64,000 nucleotides of DNA from Pseudobdellovibrionaceae bacterium (GTDB lineage Bacteria; Bdellovibrionota; Bdellovibrionia; Bdellovibrionales; Bdellovibrionaceae): assembly GCA_039810425.1 (NCBI GenBank), contig JBDHWW010000009.1:19446-83445 (forward strand), written 5' to 3'. Position 1 is the stretch's first letter; each line of letters starts with the position of its first letter. A program made the translations under genes and the position numbers. A model generated the notes under the pieces. The model did no database searches and was not told where the DNA came from. It was given only the letters and a program-made list of their open reading frames with translations. Below are positions 30,017 through 40,225 of this stretch, one piece after another.

Positions 30017-32146
30017 TTACCTCGATACGAAATACACACCGTCTTCAGGCAAAGGACATGTATTCTTAAAGAGACGGCTATGCGATGGCACCAAGTACAC
30101 TCGACTCCATTTAATATTATTCACGGTCACAACCGTTGTGGAGCGCGGATCGATGTATATAATGTCACCGGCCAGCAACTGACCACAAACTTTCGCCGAT
30201 GTTCCCGGCTCCGCACGCACATTACGCTTATCAGTCATTGTGAATCGTGCGTAGGTGCTTTCCACGTCTGTCGGCATTGCTTGAATCCACTGAGAGACGA
30301 CTTCATTAAGCCTTTCCCCCTCAGGGGTGCCATAGAACTGAGGTTTGTCCACCGGAGGCATCGGAGTATAGCCTTCAACTCTCGCGATGGCGCCGTACAG
30401 TTTGCTGCGCTCGAGATTCTTTGGCTGAATCCATTCATTCTTCACAAGGAAATCTAAATTACTGAATCTGTCTTTTGCAATGTCATCCGCCTCGAGATTT
30501 CCGTGACAGCCAACGCAATATTTTTGCACCAGTGCCGTTTGAACTTGCTTGTATCCTTGATCCAAAGCAGGTCTTGCTTTGACCATTGAACGCCACGCAA
30601 GCAACTCGATATTTGAATCGATGGCCGTCGCCGCGTCTTTATCACAAGGCTCTTGATAGTTCGCAGTTTGGGTTCTCGCCAAGCGGAGGATGGTGCGATT
30701 CTCGCGGTCTTCGACAATCCACAAGGAACCGTCTTCCGCTTCGGTAAACGCAACCGGTGCTCCTTTAGGACGAACATTCTTTACTTCATTCCACTTAGAA
30801 ATGACCTCTTCATACGGAGCCTGGCGATCCATTCCCCCATGAGGGGCAAAGAGCTTCGCCGTCGGGCAAGATCCTTGCTGATTGGACCTATAGACCGCAG
30901 TTTTATCTGCCGACTTTGTGATAGGCGCTCCGCGGTTATCCACAGGATAAGCCACAAGACGATGACCGGTTGGTTGATATCCATGCCAAGTGACCAGCAA
31001 CTTTCCGCCGAAGAGATCTTTAAAGAGATTTCCGCGGTAGTAAGCCATATGAAGAGGCGCCACATGTGGCGGCATTAGCGCCAATGGCGCTTGGTAGTCG
31101 CCCGGCTCTTGGGGATCGACCCCGGTGCAATCAATCGGTTTTTTAAACTGCTTATGTATCGGAAGCGATTTGTTTTCCGGAAACAACCACTCTGGAGAAG
31201 TTGCATGAAAGTCATAGCAATAAGGCCAACCATAGTGACGGCCACGCTTATTATCAAGTTCTATCAAATTTATCTCTTCATAGGGTTCTTCAAGCTCTGG
31301 AAAGTCCCGGCTGTTTTCGCCTTGGATTAAGAATCCTTGCGGAGAGATCGCCATCGCCATGGAGTTTCTAAGACCGGACGCCGCCACTTCGAAATAGTGG
31401 ATGCCGCCGACGGGAAGATGTTTTAACTGCTCCCCCGGAATGCGGTAAATAGCTCCATTTCCTTGAGCTGCTTCCTCGGGACAAGACTTATAAGCACCCG
31501 TTCCTTGCACGATACAGTGATCGCTCGGCGAGCCCGAGTTGATATAAAGATCTCCGTTACGCGGATCAAAAGTAAATTGAGAAAGAGGATGCATATAGCC
31601 CTCTTTGCGCGGAATACTTCCAACGACAATTTGCCAGTCGGCAATTTGTCCGTTCACAAAATGAAACTTCGAGATTTGCGTTTTTTCGCCGATGTAATAA
31701 AAATCATCGGGTCCCATCGCAAGACCGTGCGGATTGTCCAATGCAAATTTTAAAAGCTGAAGTTCGTAGTTGCCGGTTTTTCCAGGCTTTAGCAAAAATA
31801 GACGGCCATTTTTTGGATTCCATCCGCCCATATCAACAACTAAGAATTGATTGGTCGTTGGAATTTGAATAATTGTGCGCGGCTTAACGAAGCCTTTTTG
31901 CGTAGCCGCATCGAGAGCATGATCGCGCGGAAGAACTAGCCCCAAGCACGTGCCCGGCATGGTTTCGACCATCACTCGTGGATAGCCATCGCAGGATTTG
32001 TCCTGGGGGTCATAGAGATACCCGCTTTTGTCCAGCACCATTTTGTTTGAAGCAGTCACACGAGTCTGCGGGCCACCAACTGGGTTATTGGTTAAAGTTG
32101 AGCATTGGACGAGCAGTGTACTTAAAACCAATAACCAGACTTTCAT
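30017..32146 (-). CDS. Lipoprotein: glucose/sorbosone-dehydrogenase-type beta-propeller + c-type cytochrome + SH3b-like domain
   Basis: Lipobox LVQC; PHGLA, GLRN, EEIN, HYGWPYC and H.APL propeller motifs; CVGCH heme motif with PMPP; NVRAEPGTSAKV.G.L..GD at the C-terminus. Confidence 0.8.
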   Translation of the reverse strand: MKVWLLVLSTLLVQCSTLTNNPVGGPQTRVTASNKMVLDKSGYLYDPQDKSCDGYPRVMVETMPGTCLGLVLPRDHALDAATQKGFVKPRTIIQIPTTNQFLVVDMGGWNPKNGRLFLLKPGKTGNYELQLLKFALDNPHGLAMGPDDFYYIGEKTQISKFHFVNGQIADWQIVVGSIPRKEGYMHPLSQFTFDPRNGDLYINSGSPSDHCIVQGTGAYKSCPEEAAQGNGAIYRIPGEQLKHLPVGGIHYFEVAASGLRNSMAMAISPQGFLIQGENSRDFPELEEPYEEINLIELDNKRGRHYGWPYCYDFHATSPEWLFPENKSLPIHKQFKKPIDCTGVDPQEPGDYQAPLALMPPHVAPLHMAYYRGNLFKDLFGGKLLVTWHGYQPTGHRLVAYPVDNRGAPITKSADKTAVYRSNQQGSCPTAKLFAPHGGMDRQAPYEEVISKWNEVKNVRPKGAPVAFTEAEDGSLWIVEDRENRTILRLARTQTANYQEPCDKDAATAIDSNIELLAWRSMVKARPALDQGYKQVQTALVQKYCVGCHGNLEADDIAKDRFSNLDFLVKNEWIQPKNLERSKLYGAIARVEGYTPMPPVDKPQFYGTPEGERLNEVVSQWIQAMPTDVESTYARFTMTDKRNVRAEPGTSAKVCGQLLAGDIIYIDPRSTTVVTVNNIKWSRVYLVPSHSRLFKNTCPLPEDGVYFVSR

Positions 32147-32169
32147 AGGCCCCTCATAAGGGGGAACCT

Positions 32170-32586
32170 TTATTCGCAGAAAATACGAACGGTCTCCCCT
32201 TGTTTATCTTGGACGTGAATATCCATGTCTGACAAGGCCTGAATTAGCTCAGAGAAGTCCGCGTCTTTCATGGCTTTCAAATCCAACGGAAAGCCGTTTT
32301 CTTCAAGAGCATAATTTACTTTTGCGTAGGCCTTATCAGGCAAAAAAGCCGTCAGCTTCAAACCCGCCTTGATAAACTTGATCGGAATCTTAATGTTTAC
32401 TTTATCTCCGCCTTCTTCTTTGGAATCGACGCTAATACGCAGGAATTTGATTTCTTTTACTGGACCTGCTGTTCCGCCGCTCAAACCCGAGACCTCACCG
32501 ATCGCAGACAAAAGCGATTCAGCTTCTTGTACACTGATTTTTCCTTGGGACAGCATTTCTAAAATTTGTTTTTTTTCGTTAGACAT
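32170..32586 (-). CDS. SHOCT-like domain protein typical of DUF2089 operons
   Basis: EKKQILEML..GKISV.EAE.LL.A; LRI.V...GDKVNI.IP. Confidence 0.8.
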   Translation of the reverse strand: MSNEKKQILEMLSQGKISVQEAESLLSAIGEVSGLSGGTAGPVKEIKFLRISVDSKEEGGDKVNIKIPIKFIKAGLKLTAFLPDKAYAKVNYALEENGFPLDLKAMKDADFSELIQALSDMDIHVQDKQGETVRIFCE

Positions 32587-32604
32587 ATCATTCTCCGTGA
32601 AGAG

Positions 32605-32751
32605 TTAAAAAATTCGAATAAAAACACGATCTTTCTTTGAATCCACTTCGGTGACCGTTCCACTTGTGGCGCACCAAAGTTCATAGAGCCAGCCCATCAA
32701 TGATACAGGAGTCTTTCCGACACCGAAGATCCATGCAATGGAATCATACAT
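32605..32751 (-). pseudogene. Short or truncated middle gene of the DUF2089 operon (48-aa ORF)
   Basis: Manual translation gives MYDSIAWIFGVGKTPVSLMGWLYELWCATSGTVTEVDSKKDRVFIRIF. An alternative ATGA-coupled start (MIPLH...) in another frame stops after 16 codons. Confidence 0.45.
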
Positions 32752-33115
32752 TCCTCAACATTTCTGCCGCTTGTTGTGCTGTGATTTCTCCGCGGTTTAA
32801 TTTTTCCAAGATGTCAGCTTTAGAAGGAGTGGGATTAATATCCACTAACTGCAACTGCTCAGAGATTTTGTTCAGGCGTCCTTTGATCGTTGGGTAGCTC
32901 ACGCCGAAAACTTTCTCCATCTCTTTGATGGAACCGTGAGTTCCAACAAAAGCCATCACGAACACTTGATCTTCGATCGTTAACTTTGCCAACGCCGGCA
33001 ACTCGAAAGGTCCTTCGATCGCAATGTCGTTCTCTGTGAGTCTCACTCTTTCAACGATGAGGCTCTTATTCTGTGTGAGCGTCGTTAGCTCTTTCCAATC
33101 TTTAACTTTATTCAT
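32744..33115 (-). CDS. DUF2089-family HTH protein
   Basis: IEG.FELP.LA.L..EDQ.F...F....GSIKEME..FGVSYPT.K.RL; C-terminal IL..L..GEIT...A. Confidence 0.88.
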   Translation of the reverse strand: MNKVKDWKELTTLTQNKSLIVERVRLTENDIAIEGPFELPALAKLTIEDQVFVMAFVGTHGSIKEMEKVFGVSYPTIKGRLNKISEQLQLVDINPTPSKADILEKLNRGEITAQQAAEMLRNV

Positions 33116-33200
33116 CTCGGTGCCTTCAGGGATTGATTTTCTTAACCCGCAGCTTCATTTCTTTAATTAATATTCCATCATAACTTAATTAAATCAATAT

Positions 33201-33223
33201 TAATCTTAATTTTATTAAGATTA
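33201..33223. promoter_or_regulatory. Perfect inverted repeat upstream of the DUF2089 operon (putative operator)
   Basis: TAATCTTAAT-TTT-ATTAAGATTA. Confidence 0.5.
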
Positions 33224-33297
33224 CTTGGTTGGATTTTTAAGAAAATTAATTCGAAGGGGAAATGGGAGTGATTTTGAGGAGTTAGCTAAAAACAAAA

Positions 33298-33329
33298 TTG
33301 GCGAACCCTCTCCATAAAAGGTTCGCCAA
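33298..33329 (-). terminator. Intrinsic terminator of the MCP gene
   Basis: TTGGCGAACC...GGTTCGCCAA stem followed on the minus strand by TTTTGTTTTT. Confidence 0.75.
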
Positions 33330-33367
33330 CAAAGTTTGTGCAACTTTTTGAAAACTTTAAACCTGTG

Positions 33368-35061
33368 TTAAAAACCGGAAACGTCTCCCACATCACCACG
33401 GCCATTCGCCGCAGGAACTTTTGGTGATTCATCTTCATCAAAAGGAATCGCCTCTTGAGCGGTCGTTTTGCTCTTCAACGCTTCTTTTTTTGGAGTGAAC
33501 TTTACGACATTCTTCGCTTTTGCGACCACCGGCTTTTTTTCCGTTTGAGCGACCGGAGCGGCGGCATGCTTTTTCTTAGGAGCTGCCTTTTCTACAACCC
33601 CCGCATCGCCACTGGCACCGAGCACAACGGTGCTTAATGTCTCGGTCAATTGCTGCATTTGAACCGCTTGAGAAGAAATCTCTTCAGAAGTGGATGCGAT
33701 CTCCTCAGAAGAGGCCGCGTTGCTTTGCGCTCCTTGATCCAATTGGTTCATTGCCTTGCTGATCTGCTGGATACCGCTTGTCTGTTCAGACGAGGCAGAC
33801 GCGATTTCATTCGCGAGATCGGACACCTTCTTCACTGAAGAAACGATATCTTGCATGACCACTCCGGACTTATCCGCGATATCAGTGCCTTGCTCGATTT
33901 TGAAAACAGAGTCTTTAATAAGGCCGGTGATGTCTTTCGCCGCTTCCGCGCTTTTCTGCGCCAAGGTACGAACAGCATCCGCAACAACCGCAAATCCTTT
34001 GCCTTGCTCGCCGGCACGGGCGGCCTCAACCGCAGCGTTTAACGCCAACAAGTTCGTTTGGAATGCGATATCATCAATAACGTGGATGATTTCTTCGTTT
34101 TTTTAGAAGCCTGAGAAATACCCTGCATAGACTCCACCAAAGTCTGAATCTCCTTTTCGCCTTTTTCAGCAGAGTCACGTGAGGTCTGCGCCAAAGCCGC
34201 AGCTTCACGGGCATGGTCTGAGTTCATTTGTACCATTGACGTCATCTCTTCAAGAGAAGCCACTGTTTCTTCTAACGAGGCTGCGGACTCCGTTGAAGAC
34301 TCTGAAAGTGCATGGCCGGCCGCGGACAACTGCTCGATTGCCTGAGTCACTTGGCCCGTAGAATCCGACAATTTAGTCGCTACATCACCCACCGAATTAG
34401 AAACTCGGTAAGCAATCCACATCAGAATGCTAAAGATCGAAAAGATCGCGAGAAGACCGGTAAAGAAAAGAAGATTTTTGCTGAATGCGCGCACCTCGGC
34501 CTCGGTCTTCATACCTTCTTTTCCCTCGTCCGTGTAAAGGGTCGAAATAGGATCAAATGTCTTCTTCATTTTTTCGGCAAGAGCGTGCCATTCACCAGTC
34601 GCCATTTGGTCGTAGTTCAGCTTGAGTGATTCGGCATCACCCTTATCAAAGGCCGCAATGATTTGTTCCGTTAAATCGTAGAAGCGCTGATTGCTACCTT
34701 TGATCTCACTATACATCTTTTCTTCGGCGGGGTCGAACGGAGCCGCTTCGTATTTAGCGATGCCTTCTCGGAGTTCCTTCGAAGAGACCTTGGCCTTATT
34801 AATGAATTCTTTTGAAAGGTCAGGATTCGCGGAAGCGTTTGAGTAGGCCGCCCAGAAATAGTATCCGAGAGCCGACCGCGCACTCATAATATCTATGAAC
34901 GAATCCATATTCGGAATCATCCGCGTATACGAGTCTTCCAACAAGCCACCCAGCTTGTTACTCGCATGCATAGAAATGCCTATTACAATTACCAATGCCA
35001 GCACTGGCAGACAGGCCGCTATCAAAAGACGGCCCCTAATGCCCTTAAACCAAGTTTTCAA
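33368..35061 (-). pseudogene. Methyl-accepting chemotaxis protein (4HB sensor) split by a 1-nt frameshift
   Basis: 5' ORF: TM-4HB-TM-...SLEETVASLEEM...ISQASKK. The other frame continues [39 protein letters not shown]. The shift is at the A7 run (T7 at 34098-34104). Start is TTG 35061 after GGAGG. Confidence 0.85.
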
Positions 35062-35262
35062 TTTGCGCCTCCATCGTGTTAAGACTTCTTTCTCAATATT
35101 TCGAGAGAAAATCTCACTTTCTAAAGGCAAACGGACGGAATTGTTCAGAATTTGATAACAGGAGTGCTCCGTTCAAAAGCACTCAACATCGACCAGTTTT
35201 GTAAATAAATTTTGATTATTTTTATGCAAATCTAAAAAAGATACAGCCGCGTCTCTTATTTA

Positions 35263-36333
35263 CTATTTATTCGCTGCGGGCTTGGTCAAATCGCGCCAAG
35301 ATTTTCCTTCGCGAGCCTTCGGATTTACTTGGTATTTTTGAACGGCTTTGCTGTGGTTTCCGAGGTCTTCAGAAAAAACCGTCGTTCCATCATTGCGGCT
35401 AACGAAGTAAAGATACTTCGACATAGCTGGGTTTAATGTGGCCAAAAGAGACTCTCGGCCGGGATTAGATATTGGTCCTGGTGGAAGGGCTCCGATGACA
35501 TAAGTGTTATAGCGCGTAGGCTTTAGGATGTCCTCTTTACGGATGTTATTAGGCATAATTCCCGTCACATCCGCTATTCCGTAAAGAATCGTCGGATCCG
35601 TTTGCAATTTCATACGCTTGCTTAAGCGATTGTGAAACACCGAGGAAATCAATGGACGGTCTTCTTTGGCACCCGTCTCTTTTTCAATGATACTTGCAAG
35701 CGTCACGACTTGATTGCGACTCCACCCTGGCATGTGACCCCCTCCAACCTCAGCGTAAACCGCCAGAAATCTCTTCACCATGGATGAAATCAAATCACGA
35801 GTATTCTCAAACTTTGTGATCATGTAAGTTTCGGGAAAAAGGTAGCCTTCAAGGCTATCGACGGGTTCTCCGAGCAACTGCTGCGCAAACGCCTTATCTT
35901 TAACAAGAGCTAGAAAATCGGCTTTCTTACCAAAGCCTTGGGCTTCGTAAATGTCACTGATCTCATAAATATTTAATCCTTCAGCCACCGTAAACGGCTT
36001 TGCGATACTTTTACCCGAAGTAATAATACCGAGCACTTCTCTCGGCATCATTCCCTTGCGGAAGCTGTATTCACCACGCTTTACTTGATGACGTTGATTG
36101 GTAAACCGCGCGTACATAGAAAATCCAAACGCGTTCTTAATCAAACCCTGAGCCTCAAGCTCTTTGGCAATGGCATTGAAACTCTGGCCTGGCTTCACTT
36201 CATAAATCACTTCGGTGCCGTCAGAACTTGGTGCGGTATTTAAAAACTCATAAGCAAGGTAGCCGGCAGCGGTGCCGCCGGCAACGATCAAACTCATAAC
36301 CGCAATCAGAGCAATCAATGTCACTTTCTTCAT
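35263..36333 (-). CDS. mltG: Endolytic transglycosylase MltG
   Basis: LEGYLFPETY, LASIIEKET, SVFHNRL, LQTDPT, YNTY...LPPGPISNPG, YLYFV. Confidence 0.95.
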   Translation of the reverse strand: MKKVTLIALIAVMSLIVAGGTAAGYLAYEFLNTAPSSDGTEVIYEVKPGQSFNAIAKELEAQGLIKNAFGFSMYARFTNQRHQVKRGEYSFRKGMMPREVLGIITSGKSIAKPFTVAEGLNIYEISDIYEAQGFGKKADFLALVKDKAFAQQLLGEPVDSLEGYLFPETYMITKFENTRDLISSMVKRFLAVYAEVGGGHMPGWSRNQVVTLASIIEKETGAKEDRPLISSVFHNRLSKRMKLQTDPTILYGIADVTGIMPNNIRKEDILKPTRYNTYVIGALPPGPISNPGRESLLATLNPAMSKYLYFVSRNDGTTVFSEDLGNHSKAVQKYQVNPKAREGKSWRDLTKPAANK

Positions 36334-37832
36334 AGACTGATTCCCGGAAGCATTTTGGTCTTATCAAACGGCGTCGGGTCTTCAAGGCTCGCCACCGGAA
36401 CTGTGCAGTATTGAATTGCGAAATCTGCTGACGGTCTGTCGTTGCCAGATTTGCCCATGCCACCAAATGGCAAGCGGGAGCTCGCGCCGTTCGTGGTGCG
36501 GTTCCAGTTCAAAAGACCCACGCGGGCTTTCAGCAAGGACTCTTCATACAACGACTTATTCTTCGAGAACAAAGCCATCACCAAGCCATAACCCGTTGAA
36601 TTCACCATATTCAGTGTCTCATCGAAGTCACCGCTCTTGTAGATTGCCACGTTCGGACCGAAGATTTCACTCTTTTGATAGACTGAGTTTGGGTCAAACT
36701 TGCTCACCAAGTGGATGCTTGGAGTCACATAGAAACCTTTTTGCTTCAGATCCAAAGACTTGCCACGCATCATCGATTCGCAGCCCTCACGGTTTGCGAT
36801 CTCTTGAAAGCGGATGTATTTCTCAACCGCAGCCGCATTGATCAAAGAACCCATGAAAGGGTTTTCACTCCAGTGACCGATCGTGAGCTTCTTTGCAGCT
36901 TGATAGAACTTTTCAGTAAATTCGTCCGCGATCTTGGGGTGCAAGATCACGCGGCTTGTGCCTGAGCACCGTTGACCTGTCGTCAGGTAAGCCCCGATTA
37001 AAGTTTCGTAGATCGCTTTATCCAAATCCGCATCGTCCCAAACAACTGTCGCATTCTTGCCGCCCATTTCAAGGGCCAAGATTTTCCAATAGTGCGTCAT
37101 GGTCTCTTGCTTGATTTTTAAACCAACCTCATAAGAGCCCGTGAAAAGAACTCCATCCACGTTTTCATTTGCCGCCAAACGACGGCCGGATTCACCATCC
37201 CCTTGAACCAAATTGAAAACACCCGGTGGAAGGCCGGCTTTCTCGATTAACTCAGCCATGTACTGGCCTACCGCAGGAGTTTGCTCGGAAGGCTTGAACA
37301 CCACGGTGTTTCCCGAAATCAAAGCGGGAATAATATGGCCGTTTGGCAAGTGCGCTGGAAAGTTGAACGGACCCAGCACCGCCATCACACCCCGGCCTTT
37401 GTGACGAACCACGCCCTCAACACCAGGAAGAGCATTGGGAATGTGCGTTTCGTTAATAAGTTTGAGCGAGTTGCTGATGGTGATGTCGATTTTGTTTCCG
37501 AGATTTTTAGCCTCAGTCATGGCGTCCCACAATGCCTTTCCGGTATCACGGGCAATAATCTGCGCCATTTGTTCTGTGTGCTTGTCGAAGATGTCTTTTA
37601 ACCTCAGAAGATAACTCTTTCTGTCATCTAAAGATAAACGAGTCCACGGAATAAAGGCCTTCTTAGCCGCCAAACAAGCTTCATCGATATGATCGTACCT
37701 GAACTTTACTGTCATGATTTGGTCGTTCAAGTCACCCGGACTGACGTCTTTGAATTCGCCGTCACCTTTTTCCACAGGAACAAAGCGACCCGCGATAAAG
37801 TCCCCTTGATATTTAATTGGATAGATTTCCAT
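36330..37832 (-). CDS. astD: Succinylglutamate-semialdehyde dehydrogenase (AstD-like aldehyde dehydrogenase)
   Basis: GPFNFPAHLPNGHIIPAL.SGNTVVFKPSE, LFTGS, LALEMGGKN, GQRCS, GASS.LPFGG. Confidence 0.85.
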   Translation of the reverse strand: MEIYPIKYQGDFIAGRFVPVEKGDGEFKDVSPGDLNDQIMTVKFRYDHIDEACLAAKKAFIPWTRLSLDDRKSYLLRLKDIFDKHTEQMAQIIARDTGKALWDAMTEAKNLGNKIDITISNSLKLINETHIPNALPGVEGVVRHKGRGVMAVLGPFNFPAHLPNGHIIPALISGNTVVFKPSEQTPAVGQYMAELIEKAGLPPGVFNLVQGDGESGRRLAANENVDGVLFTGSYEVGLKIKQETMTHYWKILALEMGGKNATVVWDDADLDKAIYETLIGAYLTTGQRCSGTSRVILHPKIADEFTEKFYQAAKKLTIGHWSENPFMGSLINAAAVEKYIRFQEIANREGCESMMRGKSLDLKQKGFYVTPSIHLVSKFDPNSVYQKSEIFGPNVAIYKSGDFDETLNMVNSTGYGLVMALFSKNKSLYEESLLKARVGLLNWNRTTNGASSRLPFGGMGKSGNDRPSADFAIQYCTVPVASLEDPTPFDKTKMLPGISL

Positions 37833-38869
37833 TATGTTTGTTCCTTTCTCTTGGAGTAGTTCCACGGTGAAATAAACACTGCATCGCCAATTTCGGCGCC
37901 GAGAGCTTCGCGAACCTTTGTCGGAATCGCCACTTCGTCACCCCGTAAATCATAAGATACCAATGCCGCGCGGAAAACCTCTCCGCCGGTTCCTAACATC
38001 CCCTGCTCTTTGAAAACCGCATCTTTAAATTCCTGCAACTTCACACGACGGCCCAGCTTCACCGGCAAAATATCTTTTGTGTTAGAACCATAATGAGGTC
38101 CTCCGTCGAAGGGGTCAACCTCGTCTAAATATTCAAAGCCAATGCTCTCAAGCAAATGTTGCGCTGGCTTGGTTGCTTCACCGACACGGCCCAAAACCAG
38201 ACGGGCTTTACCGTCGAGCAGCGCTAAATAAATATCATCTTTAGGGAACAGGCTTTCGATGAATTCCTTATGGCTTTGGCTCAGGAGATCGGCCTCTTGA
38301 TAGGGAAGGCCCGTAAAGCGGCGGCCTAAAGCTTCCCAGAATTCACTGCGGCCTTCTTCCGTGAGGGGCGGGGTCAGTTCACAAAGCACACGGTCTTCAA
38401 ATTTTTCTGGGTGGAGGCCCATATATAGAAAGCGCGCGAGACTGATTTGTTTACCGAGCTTCTCAGGGCGGCGGCGATAGGTTTTATCAACTAGCAAACC
38501 GCCTATTTCTGTCGGACCATCAAAATCCAGCTGGAAGCGCAAAACTTGATGGATAAATCCGATTCCCAAATCCTGGCTAAACATATCTCTTTTCAAAATT
38601 TTAAAGAAACAATGTGGGACCTCGTCGGTACCGTGTTTGGCGATAACAAGCGAGCTTCCGACAATCAGTTTCTCTTCAACGTCCTCTAAAACAAACAAAT
38701 ACTCCGCCTGATCCTTCGGAAGTTTTCCGGCAAAAGACTGTTCGCTGCGATCAATCTTTTGACTGAGGACTTTTCGATTGCCCGGCAAATTCAGCAGAGA
38801 AAACTGCTTTGCCAAATCAACGAGTTGGCTCAGGTCATCGTGTTGAACGGCTCTAATAACAAAACTCAT
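37832..38869 (-). CDS. astA: Arginine/ornithine N-succinyltransferase (AstA family)
   Basis: YLFVLED, TEIGGL, S.FW.ALGRRF, D.FDGGP motifs. Confidence 0.88.
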   Translation of the reverse strand: MSFVIRAVQHDDLSQLVDLAKQFSLLNLPGNRKVLSQKIDRSEQSFAGKLPKDQAEYLFVLEDVEEKLIVGSSLVIAKHGTDEVPHCFFKILKRDMFSQDLGIGFIHQVLRFQLDFDGPTEIGGLLVDKTYRRRPEKLGKQISLARFLYMGLHPEKFEDRVLCELTPPLTEEGRSEFWEALGRRFTGLPYQEADLLSQSHKEFIESLFPKDDIYLALLDGKARLVLGRVGEATKPAQHLLESIGFEYLDEVDPFDGGPHYGSNTKDILPVKLGRRVKLQEFKDAVFKEQGMLGTGGEVFRAALVSYDLRGDEVAIPTKVREALGAEIGDAVFISPWNYSKRKEQT

Positions 38870-40212
38870 AAGCAAAACCTTTCAATCACACGTTTATAAA
38901 ATTCCACGGCTTTTTTCAGATCCTCAACAGCGACATGTTCCGAGGGTGTGTGAACATTCCCCTCGCGCTTGCCCGGGCCAAAGCACAAACACTCAATCCC
39001 CGTTCTGGAGAAAATGCTCGCCTCGTTGGTTGACGGCTGGGTCGTCAGGCTCTCGGCCAATCCCATACTGCGAAGTTCATCGCGGCAGCCCTTCACCAGC
39101 ATCGAAGTTTCATTCGTGCGGTAAGGTTTCTTATAATCCGTGACCCGAAATTGCGAACCGTTGGTTTCGCACACTTGCCGCAACTTATCCATCCAGCCTT
39201 CATAGATCTCATTCGTGATCACCGGAGGCACGCGGCACGAACCGGCAAGCAAGACATGATCTTGATAGGTGCGGATCAAACCAATGTTCAGCGTCGGCTC
39301 TGAAGGGTAAAAATCCTTATCCACATGTTTTAAAAATTCTTTTTCCAGGGATTTTATAGCCTCGAAGATATTCACAAGCTTAGTTACGATTGATTTTGTT
39401 GTATTCGAAACAATGTCGATCTCCAGCAACGCATGGCTTGGAACGGAGTTGTAGTTCACTCCGCCGTCAATCTCCATCAAGGTCACGGAATCCGGCAACT
39501 GCTGCAGATACTGAAGCATTTTAGAAATCGCACTTTCGCCAAGATGTGGAGTTGATGAGTGCGCGGCTTTGCCGATAAAGAGTTTGCTCTGCGTGGACGT
39601 ACTTTCTTTGAGATTGTGTTCTTTGCGATAATCAACCTCTTCGCTCTCAAACGGAATACGCACTTCCACCGAGGCGAAGCCTTTTGCGGCATTAATCAAT
39701 TTCAAATCGCTCGGCTCACCGATGAGCGCCATCTTCGCGGCAATTTTATTTTTACGAATTAACCGAAGGGCTCCCTGCATGCCGAGTTCTTCACCGTACG
39801 TGCCAACTAAAACTGGCGGCAGCTTCCATAGACGATTCACACCGAATGACGCCAGTGCTTCGAGCTTGCACAAGAAATCAAGCTTCACATCGGCTGCGCC
39901 CAAACCATAAATGTTTCCATCCATGATCGTGGCATCAAACGGATTACACTCCGTGTGGGTCCAGAGCGCGAACGGTCCTGGGTCCACGGTGTCTAAATGA
40001 GTTTGCAGCAGGAATTCCAGCGGCGGACGCTCAACTACGGGGCGGGCGATCACATTGGCGTGTTCCGTATCGCCCACAAAGTCTGTCTGTAATTCGACCT
40101 GGAGACCTTTCACACGACAAAGCTCCGCCACGAACTCAGCAGCTTCTTTATTGCCGTGAGCGGGCGTGCTGTCGATCGAGATGAGTTTCCTGCAGGTCTC
40201 AATAAAATCCAA
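38866..40212 (-). CDS. M20 family metallopeptidase/deacylase (ArgE/DapE-like)
   Basis: HLDTV, GLGAADVK, EE.G..G, IGEPS, G.AAHSS.P, H.PSE. Confidence 0.9.
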   Translation of the reverse strand: MDFIETCRKLISIDSTPAHGNKEAAEFVAELCRVKGLQVELQTDFVGDTEHANVIARPVVERPPLEFLLQTHLDTVDPGPFALWTHTECNPFDATIMDGNIYGLGAADVKLDFLCKLEALASFGVNRLWKLPPVLVGTYGEELGMQGALRLIRKNKIAAKMALIGEPSDLKLINAAKGFASVEVRIPFESEEVDYRKEHNLKESTSTQSKLFIGKAAHSSTPHLGESAISKMLQYLQQLPDSVTLMEIDGGVNYNSVPSHALLEIDIVSNTTKSIVTKLVNIFEAIKSLEKEFLKHVDKDFYPSEPTLNIGLIRTYQDHVLLAGSCRVPPVITNEIYEGWMDKLRQVCETNGSQFRVTDYKKPYRTNETSMLVKGCRDELRSMGLAESLTTQPSTNEASIFSRTGIECLCFGPGKREGNVHTPSEHVAVEDLKKAVEFYKRVIERFCL

Positions 40213-40225
40213 TCAAGCTTCCCAA

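Noticed and set aside
32664..32897. 77-aa plus-strand ORF in the DUF2089 region
   Set aside because: Antisense to DUF2089 with no motif; the minus-strand 48-aa ORF fits the operon better.
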